A DNA stretch of 64,000 nucleotides. Origin: a virus. The notes beneath the pieces are model-generated. The model had not been told where the DNA came from. It did no database searches and saw nothing but the letters and a program-made list of their open reading frames with translations. The DNA lies in the IMG/VR virus record IMGVR_UViG_3300031885_000004, positions 1 through 64,000 of that record, one strand, 5' to 3'. Position 1 is the stretch's first letter; each line of letters starts with the position of its first letter. This document shows, piece after piece, positions 26,021 through 37,023 of the stretch. Made by a program: the position numbers and the translations under genes.

Positions 26021-27613
26021 ATGCAAGTTGCACGGTTATGTCTCAGAGGTAGTTTGGTCAATTATACGTCAAAGAACCTTAACCGCGATCAGAGCCTTGA
26101 TGTAGACCAAATCACCGTTAAAATGATTAACGACCCTGAGATTGCATCAAGTAAAGGTAAATTCAAAAGACAACTGGCCAGAACCATTAAGGGTGAGTAT
26201 CTAGATTCGCAGGATGTTGCTGAAACTGAATTCTGGATATCAACGTGGCGTGCCGTATTGTCTCTCACATATCATGTACCACTGGAATGCAGAATGTTCG
26301 GCAAGGCCACGATCAACGGCCATATTGCAAGAAAAAAGACAATGCTATATAATGGAGATGTAATTGAGATAGGTGATAATATCGCTATATCTGCCGAAGA
26401 AATACTGCCCATCCCACCGCAACATATCTTACACATCTGCACGCCCGAAGAAACTATCGATATCACAACCAACGTACGAGCATTGCTTACTAATCCTGAT
26501 GAATCAACAAGATTCGTCATCATTAAAGATAATAACGTTATCTTTGGACCAGCATCACCTAAGGCCAAAAGCCATAGAACCAAAATCAATGGCGACTTTA
26601 GCCAAACAAATGCCAAAATTGGCGACATCTGCCGCATCGTCGAAGGCCGGGACAAAGGGCTAGAAGTTGTAATCGGTAAAGTGACGCCTGAGTCAATTCA
26701 CATGGGTGACCCGCAACCATTGGTGATAGGGTCGGACCCAGAAGTGATGAGGATGGCATATAATGAGTTGAAAGACGAGTATTCGCCTTCTCAACTCGAT
26801 CCGCAGATGGTTGTGCTGCCTGCGGTTAAGCCGATTCATCTAATAATCAGGTCCCGGAGAACCAACCCGGAAGTAATCTTCGACGATTCACAGATGAGAA
26901 AACTCGTCAAGAATTATGGATGGGAACTCTTCGGACAGATCATCAAGGAGAATAAAAGACCCATGTCCAAAACTCCCAAAATAATTAAGGGTAGCGCTGA
27001 CGCCGTCGCGCTACAAATCATAACATCGTTGTTTTCGTCTGGTAAGGAATCAATCAAGTACGAGGTTGTAAACAACGCTTCGATGATCAAGACTTCAACC
27101 GGTTTATTGCCGATGTGGATCGTGACCAAAATTGGAGAGTTGAAACGCGAATTCATTGCACTCAATGTTGATATCAAAGTGGTGGAGGGAGAGGGAATCT
27201 ACATCAAACCAATCGGTATGACCCCAACCATATCGAGACGTATTGTAGACGCTCAATACATACAGACTAAGTCATTTGACGACCAATATAATCAAGACAG
27301 CGATCAAACCGTCAGAGATGTCCTTGAATCTCAAATCGCTGACAAAACCAAGACGGCTACCAACTTAAACTCACTATTCAGTAGTGATGCAATGAGGGAG
27401 CTTATTAGTAGATTACCACCAAAGATCGTAGAATATGTGCAATTAAGGGCGTGTCCACCACTGGATTTCGACGAAAAGTTTGGCAATCATCCGAAGAGAT
27501 CAGATGTGGCAAGCTACCTTGGCATACACCCAAACGAAATAAAGAAATTCGATTCTATCATCAGGATGCAAATGCTGGCACTTGGAATGGGACCGGACTC
27601 TCCTCAAACATAA
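26021..27613 (+). CDS. large protein, possibly sigma-like with inserted domains
   Basis: C-terminal HTH (SDVASYLGI); FHA-like and KOW-like internal segments. Confidence 0.55.
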   Translation: MQVARLCLRGSLVNYTSKNLNRDQSLDVDQITVKMINDPEIASSKGKFKRQLARTIKGEYLDSQDVAETEFWISTWRAVLSLTYHVPLECRMFGKATINGHIARKKTMLYNGDVIEIGDNIAISAEEILPIPPQHILHICTPEETIDITTNVRALLTNPDESTRFVIIKDNNVIFGPASPKAKSHRTKINGDFSQTNAKIGDICRIVEGRDKGLEVVIGKVTPESIHMGDPQPLVIGSDPEVMRMAYNELKDEYSPSQLDPQMVVLPAVKPIHLIIRSRRTNPEVIFDDSQMRKLVKNYGWELFGQIIKENKRPMSKTPKIIKGSADAVALQIITSLFSSGKESIKYEVVNNASMIKTSTGLLPMWIVTKIGELKREFIALNVDIKVVEGEGIYIKPIGMTPTISRRIVDAQYIQTKSFDDQYNQDSDQTVRDVLESQIADKTKTATNLNSLFSSDAMRELISRLPPKIVEYVQLRACPPLDFDEKFGNHPKRSDVASYLGIHPNEIKKFDSIIRMQMLALGMGPDSPQT

Positions 27614-27632
27614 ATTAGCGTTTGAGGTGAAC

Positions 27633-27974
27633 ATGGCAATAGTAATAGAAGTACCACCATCGTATGAAGATGGTGTCGAATCTGGAAGTAAAACTATTAC
27701 ATATCAATTGCAAGATGAATTGAAGGTAGGCGATACCACTACTATAATTGCTGGTTCTGCCAAAAGACGCATACGCATAACCAAGAAGGCATGGATACCA
27801 GAAATACAAATGGGTAATAGACTAAGGTCAGAAATTATTCAAAATATCCCAAAGGGTAAGGCATTTAGTGGTGCTTTTCAGATTTCATATGAATATATTG
27901 ATAAACACACAGTTAAGCCACGAAAATATGGCGAGGATGTTGATAAAATAGCTGGCTTAATTGATATTGACTAA
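27633..27974 (+). CDS. hypothetical protein
   Basis: GAGGTG RBS before MAIVIE. Confidence 0.6.
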   Translation: MAIVIEVPPSYEDGVESGSKTITYQLQDELKVGDTTTIIAGSAKRRIRITKKAWIPEIQMGNRLRSEIIQNIPKGKAFSGAFQISYEYIDKHTVKPRKYGEDVDKIAGLIDID

Positions 27975-28516
27975 TATACTGGCCTATTCTTCTCATACCA
28001 ACTACCAGACATCGTTGGGCCGATCATTGGTTTATTAAGCCCCAACGGCGGCAAGAAGTGAGCCATAGCTGGAATACGCACGCCCGGAGGCATTTCTAAT
28101 ATCGACCCTTTATTCCTGCTTACTATTGACATAATAAAGTCTATTATATCTCTTGGTGTCTTCTTCATCTCGCTTGGAAGATTTGGGTTGTGGAATCCCA
28201 TTAAACTTCTTCTGAATTCCATTAAATTAGGGTGTGTTGATGTGCCAAGGTCCATTCTGTTGGTGCCAAGAACAAATAAATTCCACCCTATAGTTACAAC
28301 ATTGGTTATTGGATCCATTCTATCGACATATGGCACAATCTCAACGCTGGTTATTAATTCTGGGATCCTAAATGGTACATCGAACATTATTGGTGGGTAT
28401 ACTGGATTATCGAATGGCTCAGAAAATCCTTTATCTTTAAAGAATCTTATCAACAGACGCTTGACTAGTTCTTCAAGCATCGCTGCACGGATTATATTAT
28501 GAGTCCTTTGATCCAT
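27971..28516 (-). CDS. hypothetical protein
   Basis: 181-aa ORF coupled to the SbcC-like gene. Confidence 0.65.
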   Translation of the reverse strand: MDQRTHNIIRAAMLEELVKRLLIRFFKDKGFSEPFDNPVYPPIMFDVPFRIPELITSVEIVPYVDRMDPITNVVTIGWNLFVLGTNRMDLGTSTHPNLMEFRRSLMGFHNPNLPSEMKKTPRDIIDFIMSIVSRNKGSILEMPPGVRIPAMAHFLPPLGLNKPMIGPTMSGSWYEKNRPVY

Positions 28517-28517
28517 A

Positions 28518-30674
28518 TTATATATTTGATTCTATGTAAGAAAAGGTTCCTCTCTTCCTAACTGATATCTTAGATGGGAACGCGTCAAGAAGATCGGTCT
28601 TATGGCTTATTATCATAATCGTACTTGGTTTAGGACGCGAGTCTAAATTACCACAGAAATCGTTCATAATAACTTCTGTGAATGATTCGACACCTCTACT
28701 ATCCAACGCCCCATCAACTTCATCTAAGACCATTATATTGCATTGCTGCCCATACATATTTATAAATAAATCGTGCAACGCAAACATCATTGCCATATCA
28801 ATCCGTTTTCTCTCACCACCAGAGCATAGATCATAATCCCACTTTGACGGTAACACCGATAATGTTGGTGTAAACTCTATCCCAAAATCGCAACTAAATG
28901 CTTCCAAATAATACTGAATCCTTCTATTTAGAATTGGCATCATGTTCATTAGCACAAACTGCTTTATCTTGTTCCTATCTCCATATGCCGACTTGATATA
29001 AGATAGATGCTCAAACAACATATTAAATTTCAGTCTAGTAGCATCAGACTCACCAATTTTCTTGGAAATACCAGCAATCTGTGATTTTATTAGATCAATC
29101 GTTCCACAATGTGGGTTAGCCTCAATAGATAACGAATCAACTTGTGTCTTAAGATTTAATATTGATTGATCCAACAAATCAGCCAGAGACTTTAATCTCA
29201 TTGCGCTATCTATCGTAATTGTCGGCGTTGATTGCCTAGCCTGCTCGGCAACTTTGCGTAGCATATCATCTATAGCAATGAGGTCAGCCTCATATTTGAT
29301 GATGTCAGATGATAGCCTATTATTTTCGCTAGTCGTATGCTCAATATCATCTAGCATCATTTGAATTGACGAATTAATTTTAATTGCATCTTCAATCGAC
29401 GCTATTTTGGGTATTGGAGGGAGCTTTAATATTAAATCTTCATGGAATTTAATATCTGATGCGATAGATTCTATTTCAATTTTAAGCTTACTTACATTAT
29501 CAATCATCGGCCCGCACATGTCTATTGCGTGTTCTTTACCTATCTTCTGCTTGCACTTTGGGCAAATTGTACCAGATGCGGCGTCCCAATCTCGAATTGA
29601 CGATTCAATATTTTGTGATGCAACTTCCTTCTCCATCATCTTTCTGCGAAGAACGTTTATTGCGCTGGTGGTGTCAATAATCTTCTTTGACAACTCTGCG
29701 CTAATCACATGTTCCTTTTTCAATTGATCAATATCGTATTTCTTTCCACCATTAACTTTAGAGACGCATTTGGCTATTCTGTCGTTATTTGAATTTATCT
29801 TCTCTCTATTTTGTATTATTGAGGTCTTTATAGCTGATTCTTTACGCTGATATTCCTTAACCTTATCGTCTATCTTACATATTGCGTCCCACCTTATCTT
29901 TAGACGCTCTATATCCGGCACGTCTATCGAATTACGCTCTTTTTTCTTGTTAACTATCTGTTTTTCAAACTCTTCTATTTTAATAGATCTAGTCTTATCA
30001 TATTCATCCTTCAAAGCCACTGTTCTCAACAATTGATCATTTAATCTAGTTAGTTCTGCCTCATAAGCAGATAGACTAATTGAACATTTGGTAGCGGCCT
30101 GCTCAGTTTTTTCAGTTTTAGACTTGGCAACAGAAGCCCACAGATTAAGTCTATCAAGATTAAGCAATCTCTCCAAAGCAGCTCTACGTTTGGCATCTGC
30201 CATTTCTAGAAATGGCTTAGAAAACTGACCAAAAAATGTACTAGACACGAATATGTCAAAATCAAGACCAAATAAGTCATCAATAAATTGCTGAGTATTG
30301 GTTGTTGTCGATAGCGTTCTATCTTCACCGTTTAGCGATATCGACAGCTCATTCCTTCCTTCCGTTTTCCTGGTCCTGCTAATTTCCCATCCGTCAGTAG
30401 TCTTGATTGTGACGACACAATTTTCACCAGTATCCCAATTTACAATCTTATCGCCAGGCTTATCTTTAGAAAATGTTCTGCCAAATAGGCACCATATTAT
30501 AGCTGTGGTAAGTGCTGATTTTCCACTACCATTACTATCTTGAAATCCATCGCTATCATCTTTATTACCAACGATAAGAATTGGTCCTAAGCCATCGATA
30601 TGCAAATTAGTATCGTAATCACCATACGATAAAAAATTCCTAATTTCCAGATCGCTTATAGTTAGCTTGCCCAT
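28518..30674 (-). CDS. SbcC/Rad50/gp46-like recombination ATPase
   Basis: NFLSY, NGSGKS Walker A, CPKC zinc hook, SGGE signature, LDEVD, ISH. Confidence 0.93.
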   Translation of the reverse strand: MGKLTISDLEIRNFLSYGDYDTNLHIDGLGPILIVGNKDDSDGFQDSNGSGKSALTTAIIWCLFGRTFSKDKPGDKIVNWDTGENCVVTIKTTDGWEISRTRKTEGRNELSISLNGEDRTLSTTTNTQQFIDDLFGLDFDIFVSSTFFGQFSKPFLEMADAKRRAALERLLNLDRLNLWASVAKSKTEKTEQAATKCSISLSAYEAELTRLNDQLLRTVALKDEYDKTRSIKIEEFEKQIVNKKKERNSIDVPDIERLKIRWDAICKIDDKVKEYQRKESAIKTSIIQNREKINSNNDRIAKCVSKVNGGKKYDIDQLKKEHVISAELSKKIIDTTSAINVLRRKMMEKEVASQNIESSIRDWDAASGTICPKCKQKIGKEHAIDMCGPMIDNVSKLKIEIESIASDIKFHEDLILKLPPIPKIASIEDAIKINSSIQMMLDDIEHTTSENNRLSSDIIKYEADLIAIDDMLRKVAEQARQSTPTITIDSAMRLKSLADLLDQSILNLKTQVDSLSIEANPHCGTIDLIKSQIAGISKKIGESDATRLKFNMLFEHLSYIKSAYGDRNKIKQFVLMNMMPILNRRIQYYLEAFSCDFGIEFTPTLSVLPSKWDYDLCSGGERKRIDMAMMFALHDLFINMYGQQCNIMVLDEVDGALDSRGVESFTEVIMNDFCGNLDSRPKPSTIMIISHKTDLLDAFPSKISVRKRGTFSYIESNI

Positions 30675-31738
30675 TATTGATGGTCTTCCTCTAATTCTGG
30701 TTTTAAACTAAATGATTCGTCTAATATCTGCTTATTTAGACCAATCAATAATTGTTCATTGAGTCCTTTGGGCTTGTCATATATTAGATATTTTTCAAAT
30801 AGCGACGTCGGCTCTACCGGCGCTTCAGCATTGCTTGACAATTCTTTCTCTTTGGCTTTTATCCAGGATATTTTAATGGCGCCTTTAGATTCCAATTTGG
30901 CTCTTATATCGTTTAGTTCGTCACGGGACTTAGTTGTATCTAGCATAATTCTAACGTTACAATTAGATAGGTCAAGTCCTGCAGCATCTGGCTCGAGTAT
31001 AGTTATAAAATCTGGTGGAGGAGTGCCACCAATTAAGCGATTGCCGATCTTAATATCGATAAATTTAGCTTCTCCCGATTCTATATCATACTCGTAAAAT
31101 CCATGGCTAACCATTCCCTCATCAAACCTAAACGGTAATGGGCTGCCAGGAATCAATACTTTGCCTATCTGTTGGTTACAATGAAAATGGCCAGCAAACA
31201 CCTTCTCAAATTTGGTTTGGTCAAATCTAACGGCCCCCCAATGCTGCATCAGGAAACAAACATTAGATGTTGCACCAGATACTCCAACGTGCGTTAAAAG
31301 CACCTCACCATCTTCAGCCTTATCATCATAATAATCAAGCACCGACATGTATACATCTTCATTCTGGATGAACGGTATAATCCTAAATCTACGTCCGCCA
31401 ATTTTAATCAATGCAACATCGTTAATTAATGTCATCAGCCTCTTCATTGGACGTAACGAATTAATGTCCCACGTGTGTCGAAGAAACATATCGTGATTAC
31501 CTGGGAACATTACCCATTCTTGCCCATAAGTATACTTTGTCTCATCTAGAAAGTCAGCAACATCAGAAATGACTTTAATATTTAGATTGACTCTATCGTG
31601 GAAAAGATCACCAGCCACCATAACTACATCTATCCCATTTTCTCTCGCATATTGTCTTATGGTCCGCATTGACCATAAGCAGTCATCAAGCTTATTGTGA
31701 ACGCCGCAGTGAATGTCCGCACATACGATGATCTTCAT
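30674..31738 (-). CDS. SbcD/Mre11/gp47-like nuclease
   Basis: ADIH, GDLFH, GNHD, GHFH, GSP. Confidence 0.93.
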   Translation of the reverse strand: MKIIVCADIHCGVHNKLDDCLWSMRTIRQYARENGIDVVMVAGDLFHDRVNLNIKVISDVADFLDETKYTYGQEWVMFPGNHDMFLRHTWDINSLRPMKRLMTLINDVALIKIGGRRFRIIPFIQNEDVYMSVLDYYDDKAEDGEVLLTHVGVSGATSNVCFLMQHWGAVRFDQTKFEKVFAGHFHCNQQIGKVLIPGSPLPFRFDEGMVSHGFYEYDIESGEAKFIDIKIGNRLIGGTPPPDFITILEPDAAGLDLSNCNVRIMLDTTKSRDELNDIRAKLESKGAIKISWIKAKEKELSSNAEAPVEPTSLFEKYLIYDKPKGLNEQLLIGLNKQILDESFSLKPELEEDHQ

Positions 31739-31757
31739 AATGCGGATTAAATACTGG

Positions 31758-33917
31758 TTATCTACCCCAGCCGATATCTACCACCTGGACATTCGCTTGT
31801 TGCGTTAAAGTCTCTATGGTTCCTTTATATTGAGAAGTAACTCTTATAGAATAACCTCGGCAACATTGCGATCTTGTATCATTAATCATCACATTTATAA
31901 CTATATCAACATCTACACCAGACAATGGCTTAACCATAAACGTAACATTACCTGGTATAGACGATAGCTCAGATGCACCGCCGCCGCTTATTTCGGCGTT
32001 TTTGTTATTGTCCTCAAATATTATAGTGCTATGGACAGAACAATTATCTTGATACTGACAATTATCACGCTCTTTTGAACCACCGCACAATTCTGGCTTC
32101 CAATCGAGCTGCACTGTAATATCAACTGGGCCGTTAGATTTTATGTTGGCTTTGTATGTGTCTGTTCTTCCATCTACAACACTATATTGCGTAGATGATT
32201 GGAGTCGATTTGATTCGTCAACCACCATCTGATCTAATTGCATCCCACCATTTTGTAGCTCAAATGTGATTGGGCTATCGCAATCACAATCACATTCTGG
32301 TGGGTGTGGTTTTGGGGCCTTCAGAATTGGCTCTTTAGCTTCACCATCGCATGCGAGTCCTTGCGCATTGGCGGCGCCAGATGGCAGTTTTTCAAGCTCG
32401 CCACATCTCCAATGGTTGACCCCGCATGGATTGTCCCCAACATTTGGACACCAGAAGAACGGCTCCTGGCAACATTGCTCATTTGGCCGTGGTGGAGTCA
32501 CTATTCTAAATGGATATTTAGGATCCGTTAAGTCCCACCATTCAAATTTATACGCATTGTAGCGTGCGGCTGATAGACAATCTGGCGTCGGCTCCCACGA
32601 TGGCAGTTCTAATTCCGGCGGTGTATATTCAGGTGGTGCATATTGATAATATCCAATGTCTTTGCATCTCCTGGTTGTGACTTTAGCAGCCGCGAATTTC
32701 GCTTGCATAATATCACCAACCGGTAGTGAACTGGCGCTTAAGGCTAAATTGCTAACACATACATCTGTTGGTAACGAATAAGATAAAGAGAACATACTAT
32801 TTGTAAGGTCAGATTTTCGCAAACTAGATATGACTGACCCAGATTGTATCGATGTATCTGCAAGTATTTGGTTTGATACAAACAAAAATGGCGAGCCATC
32901 CCTTCCAGCTTGACCTTTTGGCCCTCTCTGCCTTACTTTATATCTCCAACTTGAAATATCACTAGCACCTTTAGTAAACGATAGTGTACCCCATATCTTA
33001 TTAGTGCTATGATCAAAATTGATTTCAGTATTTGTGATACTAATATCTATTCTATTATCATATATTATAATAGTGAGAGGCTTCGATTCTTCTGGCCACA
33101 CACTAGCAGTTAATAGACTATCAATTATTCCTTGGATTCTAACGACATCAATCCCAAGTGAGACTATACTTTCTAGTTTAATAATGGCCGCATCTATATT
33201 GTTATTTTGTACATCTCCATGCGCCTCATATTCTAATTCAGACGCTTGTTTTTGTTGATCAGTCAGGTTCTGACTTTCGCTTCCACCAACTACGATTGGC
33301 GACGTCCCCCCAGATATCCTAATTAAATATTCAACTAGGATCGTATTGGCGCGATATAATCTAAGTGATATGTCCGCATCTATTGGTGTGTCGACTGTAG
33401 TTTCAAATTCAAACTGGTTGTCAGAAGCATGCGTTGGTAGGAAATATCGCTCGCGCTCTGCTGGTATACCATCTCTACCAGTTATGCCTTTTAACCCAAC
33501 TTGTCCTTTCGGACCGGCACAACAACTACGTAGGAGCTTCTGGTATAACCTATTCCTATCAAGTTCAATTTGCAACTTACCATTTGGCCTTGGATAAAAT
33601 CTTATTAGATCATCAGACGAATAGAAGAAATAATAATAAGGAATGTCACCTGGAGTATCGAGTTTGAATAAACCAAAATCCATTCCTTTGTCTATTAATT
33701 CTTGAATTAATAACATTCTCTTATAAAGCGACGGGTATACCAAACCATCGTTATATCTAGTAACAAGATCTGGAGATTCAATCCTGCCCTTGTATACCCA
33801 CGTATCATGCTCAGTATTATACTCGAATATATTACCATTACCATCGATGATTTGGTCGCCATCTTTCATCCCCCTGGATGGCAGTTTGGGCGGAGACGGT
33901 GTTAATTCTTCTGTCAT
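31758..33917 (-). CDS. Cys-rich protein with short collagen-like repeats, probably virion structural
   Basis: GPKGQVGLKGITGRDG and GPKGQAGRDG; 719 aa. Confidence 0.65.
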   Translation of the reverse strand: MTEELTPSPPKLPSRGMKDGDQIIDGNGNIFEYNTEHDTWVYKGRIESPDLVTRYNDGLVYPSLYKRMLLIQELIDKGMDFGLFKLDTPGDIPYYYFFYSSDDLIRFYPRPNGKLQIELDRNRLYQKLLRSCCAGPKGQVGLKGITGRDGIPAERERYFLPTHASDNQFEFETTVDTPIDADISLRLYRANTILVEYLIRISGGTSPIVVGGSESQNLTDQQKQASELEYEAHGDVQNNNIDAAIIKLESIVSLGIDVVRIQGIIDSLLTASVWPEESKPLTIIIYDNRIDISITNTEINFDHSTNKIWGTLSFTKGASDISSWRYKVRQRGPKGQAGRDGSPFLFVSNQILADTSIQSGSVISSLRKSDLTNSMFSLSYSLPTDVCVSNLALSASSLPVGDIMQAKFAAAKVTTRRCKDIGYYQYAPPEYTPPELELPSWEPTPDCLSAARYNAYKFEWWDLTDPKYPFRIVTPPRPNEQCCQEPFFWCPNVGDNPCGVNHWRCGELEKLPSGAANAQGLACDGEAKEPILKAPKPHPPECDCDCDSPITFELQNGGMQLDQMVVDESNRLQSSTQYSVVDGRTDTYKANIKSNGPVDITVQLDWKPELCGGSKERDNCQYQDNCSVHSTIIFEDNNKNAEISGGGASELSSIPGNVTFMVKPLSGVDVDIVINVMINDTRSQCCRGYSIRVTSQYKGTIETLTQQANVQVVDIGWGR

Positions 33918-34504
33918 GGTTTTGGCCTAAATAGGTTTTGCCTACCACGTTCCAAGTTATGTTTGATTATTTTCTTCTTTTGCTTAACAGATATAGGCAT
34001 ATTGTCTGGAATGTGCTCTATAACCGTAATTATTGGTTTAGCATTAATTATGGTGTTATCGACTGAGATTAAGTCAATCGATTGGATCCACGATACAGTT
34101 ATAACTTTGGAAAATCCTTCGAGCAATTTCGGCATATCTATATCATGACTTTCTTCTATTTCTTCTTTTGTATAATCATCACTGGAACATTGATCAATTG
34201 GGCGAGTTACAACATAGGCGCATATTGCCGCCCCAAGTTTTCTTGCTATGTCGATTATCGATTTCCTATGTGAAAGTTTATTATATATCGTTGTATCTAT
34301 TATGATATCTCCTCTAACTATAAAAAATGCAATGAGCTGCTGGAGGATCTCATAGTCGTTGTCTCCGAATCCTATGCTAAAAGCAAGTTCTTCAATAGAT
34401 ATTCTATAAATATTCTTCTTCCCAATTTGCATATATCTAGCAAACGTCGTCTTCCCAGAATTGTGTCCACCACACAATAGGTGAATTATCCTTGGGTTAA
34501 CCAT
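33914..34504 (-). CDS. P-loop kinase (AAA_33-like)
   Basis: GGHNSGKTT; IIDTT; EGF. Confidence 0.7.
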   Translation of the reverse strand: MVNPRIIHLLCGGHNSGKTTFARYMQIGKKNIYRISIEELAFSIGFGDNDYEILQQLIAFFIVRGDIIIDTTIYNKLSHRKSIIDIARKLGAAICAYVVTRPIDQCSSDDYTKEEIEESHDIDMPKLLEGFSKVITVSWIQSIDLISVDNTIINAKPIITVIEHIPDNMPISVKQKKKIIKHNLERGRQNLFRPKP

Positions 34505-34932
34505 AAAATTATATATCGTCGACTTGATCTATAAATATTGAATTCTTCACCCATTCATCGCACGTTATTTTAATTAATTTAATAATCTTCTCAGAATCAA
34601 CATACTCTATTTCCCATAAGTCTCCGCATATCCTACTTGATGTTACCACAACATTTCTCCCTCTGTATACCCATAGCGAGAATGGTAGAATAGGTGTTAT
34701 TGCATCCATAATTAGACACTATATGATTTCTTTTTAATTAAACCACGCATTGAACCAAACATTGTTCGTCTATTATAACATCGTTCGTTATCGTTGATTT
34801 TGGTGCATCCTGAACATAACCTCCTACCAGCCCAGGTCAAGAATGGTTTTTGGCATTTTAGGCATAACATAGTCTTAATGATGCTTCCGTCTGGACCTGA
34901 TGTTTGTGATGTAAGTTTCATTTATCTCAAGC

Positions 34933-35538
34933 CTAAAAATATAAATTATCTATCATATATCTTACGCCAAAATTATGATCAATATCAGTAATATACCCTA
35001 GGTTTTTGGCTTTATGGAGCCAATCACCCATCATTATTCTATCACGTGGCGACCCAATTTGTTTTTCGACGTGGTTACATAATTTTGTGAAATTGAATGT
35101 ATCAGAAACAAATTGGCGAACAGCCAGATCGCTAAAGTGCCAAAGTGGTGCTGAGATCTTAGAAGTAGTTGCAAGCGCTTGTTTTATTATGATTTGCTCT
35201 TTATCTTTTAGTATATTAAACCACTCTTTCCCTTCTATTGAAATATCTGACTCACGCACTGGTTGCTTTTCATCAATTGGTTCTAATGTACCATCAGGTT
35301 GTTGGACAAATTTCTTCTCTCGCAGAGCGCGAATATATTCTATGGCTTCTGCTCCGGAAAATCCAGCGCGTTCTAGTAACCTGCGCGCATCGTTCAAGCC
35401 CATTTCATTTCCTTCGATCACGAAGCGATATCTTACGATGTCCCCAGTGCTCGTAATGATCACCGATATATAATCTGAATCGTGCACATCAGGATCTTCA
35501 GTGATTAATCTCGCCATATCTTCTGGAATAGTGTTCAT
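34933..35538 (-). CDS. ITEDPD-leader protein
   Basis: PEDMARLITEDPD. Confidence 0.7.
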   Translation of the reverse strand: MNTIPEDMARLITEDPDVHDSDYISVIITSTGDIVRYRFVIEGNEMGLNDARRLLERAGFSGAEAIEYIRALREKKFVQQPDGTLEPIDEKQPVRESDISIEGKEWFNILKDKEQIIIKQALATTSKISAPLWHFSDLAVRQFVSDTFNFTKLCNHVEKQIGSPRDRIMMGDWLHKAKNLGYITDIDHNFGVRYMIDNLYF

Positions 35539-35576
35539 CTTCTAATACACTCCAGATGGCCCATCAAAACAAACAT

Positions 35577-35915
35577 TCATCTTCCAAACCAATGTTCATA
35601 CATTTTATCTAGAAATTCTTGATTTATTGGGTATCCTGACGCATCTCCTATCACAGTATCTTTGTTACAATATGGGCATGGGGCAGTCGGTTCGCGTGGC
35701 TTACCGGTTTTAGGATGTGGATTTTCATTCATCCAATCGGTGACCTCAGATGGTGGGAATATCATACCACAGTAGAAGCACCCACACTGTTTGCTTCTTA
35801 ATATTTCACTTTGATTCGAAATCGAATGGTCATGAGCTTCGATAACATCATATATCCCAGGATCTTGTATGCCCATCTCATCCCAGCCTTCGCCAATTAA
35901 TTGTATTAGTTTCAT
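35577..35915 (-). CDS. small Cys-rich conserved-type protein
   Basis: CGCFYC...CPYC...VIGDASG. Confidence 0.7.
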   Translation of the reverse strand: MKLIQLIGEGWDEMGIQDPGIYDVIEAHDHSISNQSEILRSKQCGCFYCGMIFPPSEVTDWMNENPHPKTGKPREPTAPCPYCNKDTVIGDASGYPINQEFLDKMYEHWFGR

Positions 35916-35960
35916 ATTTAGTCCTATGACTTACGAGTGAGCCTGTCGTCAGTAAGATAT

Positions 35961-36485
35961 TTATGATGCCTGCATGGTGTAATCAAATTCTTCTTCCTCT
36001 GGTGGTATCAGAGCATTAAATTGCCCACGCACGGCATCCTCCGGCACTCTCTTGTCTCCACGCGTTAGTTGTCTAGCTACCAGAGTTTCGACGTCCGCGC
36101 CTGGGAATGTTATTGCAATAGCTACGTATCCAAATTTCTTAGCGTTCTCAATATAAAAAGACCTACGCCTAGGTGTCAGATTGGTATTATCAACATATAT
36201 GTCTTTCCCAGTTTGAATCAATCTTATAAATTCATCATTAGCTTTATTTGAAAATTGCAAGTCTTCAGACGATTTCTTCCAAGCTACAGCATAATCTTTT
36301 GGGTCGTACCAGCGGTGGCGAAGAATATCAAGCGAAAAGACTTCAATATCTGGATTGTGTCTTTTAAGCTTGTTTAGAAATGTACTTTTACCAATACCAG
36401 AAGGTCCAATTGGCATATATAGCATTGGCCTATTTGGTATATCTGGGTCTTCTGTAATAAACCTAGCTATATCTGCTGGTTCCAT
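35961..36485 (-). CDS. ITEDPD-leader P-loop kinase (polynucleotide kinase/AAA_33-like)
   Basis: GPSGIGKST; VDNTN; VPEDAV. Confidence 0.8.
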   Translation of the reverse strand: MEPADIARFITEDPDIPNRPMLYMPIGPSGIGKSTFLNKLKRHNPDIEVFSLDILRHRWYDPKDYAVAWKKSSEDLQFSNKANDEFIRLIQTGKDIYVDNTNLTPRRRSFYIENAKKFGYVAIAITFPGADVETLVARQLTRGDKRVPEDAVRGQFNALIPPEEEEFDYTMQAS

Positions 36486-37003
36486 TAGCTTTTGGTATCC
36501 ATTTTATAAGCATCAGCCATCATTTCGGTCATTCTCTTACAAACATGATCAATAGCTACCATATTTTTACTAGCAGCATATATCTCAGCTCGTTCTATAT
36601 CTGGTATACCAACCATTATTCCTGGTTTATTCATAGCAACAGGATCATCGATGTAGTCGTATAACGTAAGTTTAACGTCGTCGTTTTCATCAACAGACAT
36701 TGCTAAAGTATATTTAGTTAGATATTTATTAAGGGCATCTACCCATGGTTCAACATACCATCCACTCTTATTTTGGTGAAGTGCATTTATTACTTGATCG
36801 CGTATTGATAATGCTATTTCTTTGGTGTCATCAACCAAAGCGGCGATTGGTGTACCAGCACCACCTTTAGGACAACCATATTTATGTCCAGTACCACCCT
36901 GTTTCTTGTCCCACCCACCACACGAATTACAATATTCCTCAGACAGAATGTCTGGGTCTTCAGTTATTAACTTAGCTATGTCTTTAGGATCCTTTGGATT
37001 CAT
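36485..37003 (-). CDS. ITEDPD-leader protein with zinc-finger segment
   Basis: DPKDIAKLITEDPD; CNSC...HKYGC. Confidence 0.7.
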   Translation of the reverse strand: MNPKDPKDIAKLITEDPDILSEEYCNSCGGWDKKQGGTGHKYGCPKGGAGTPIAALVDDTKEIALSIRDQVINALHQNKSGWYVEPWVDALNKYLTKYTLAMSVDENDDVKLTLYDYIDDPVAMNKPGIMVGIPDIERAEIYAASKNMVAIDHVCKRMTEMMADAYKMDTKS

Positions 37004-37023
37004 TAGTTTAGTCCGCCACCAAC

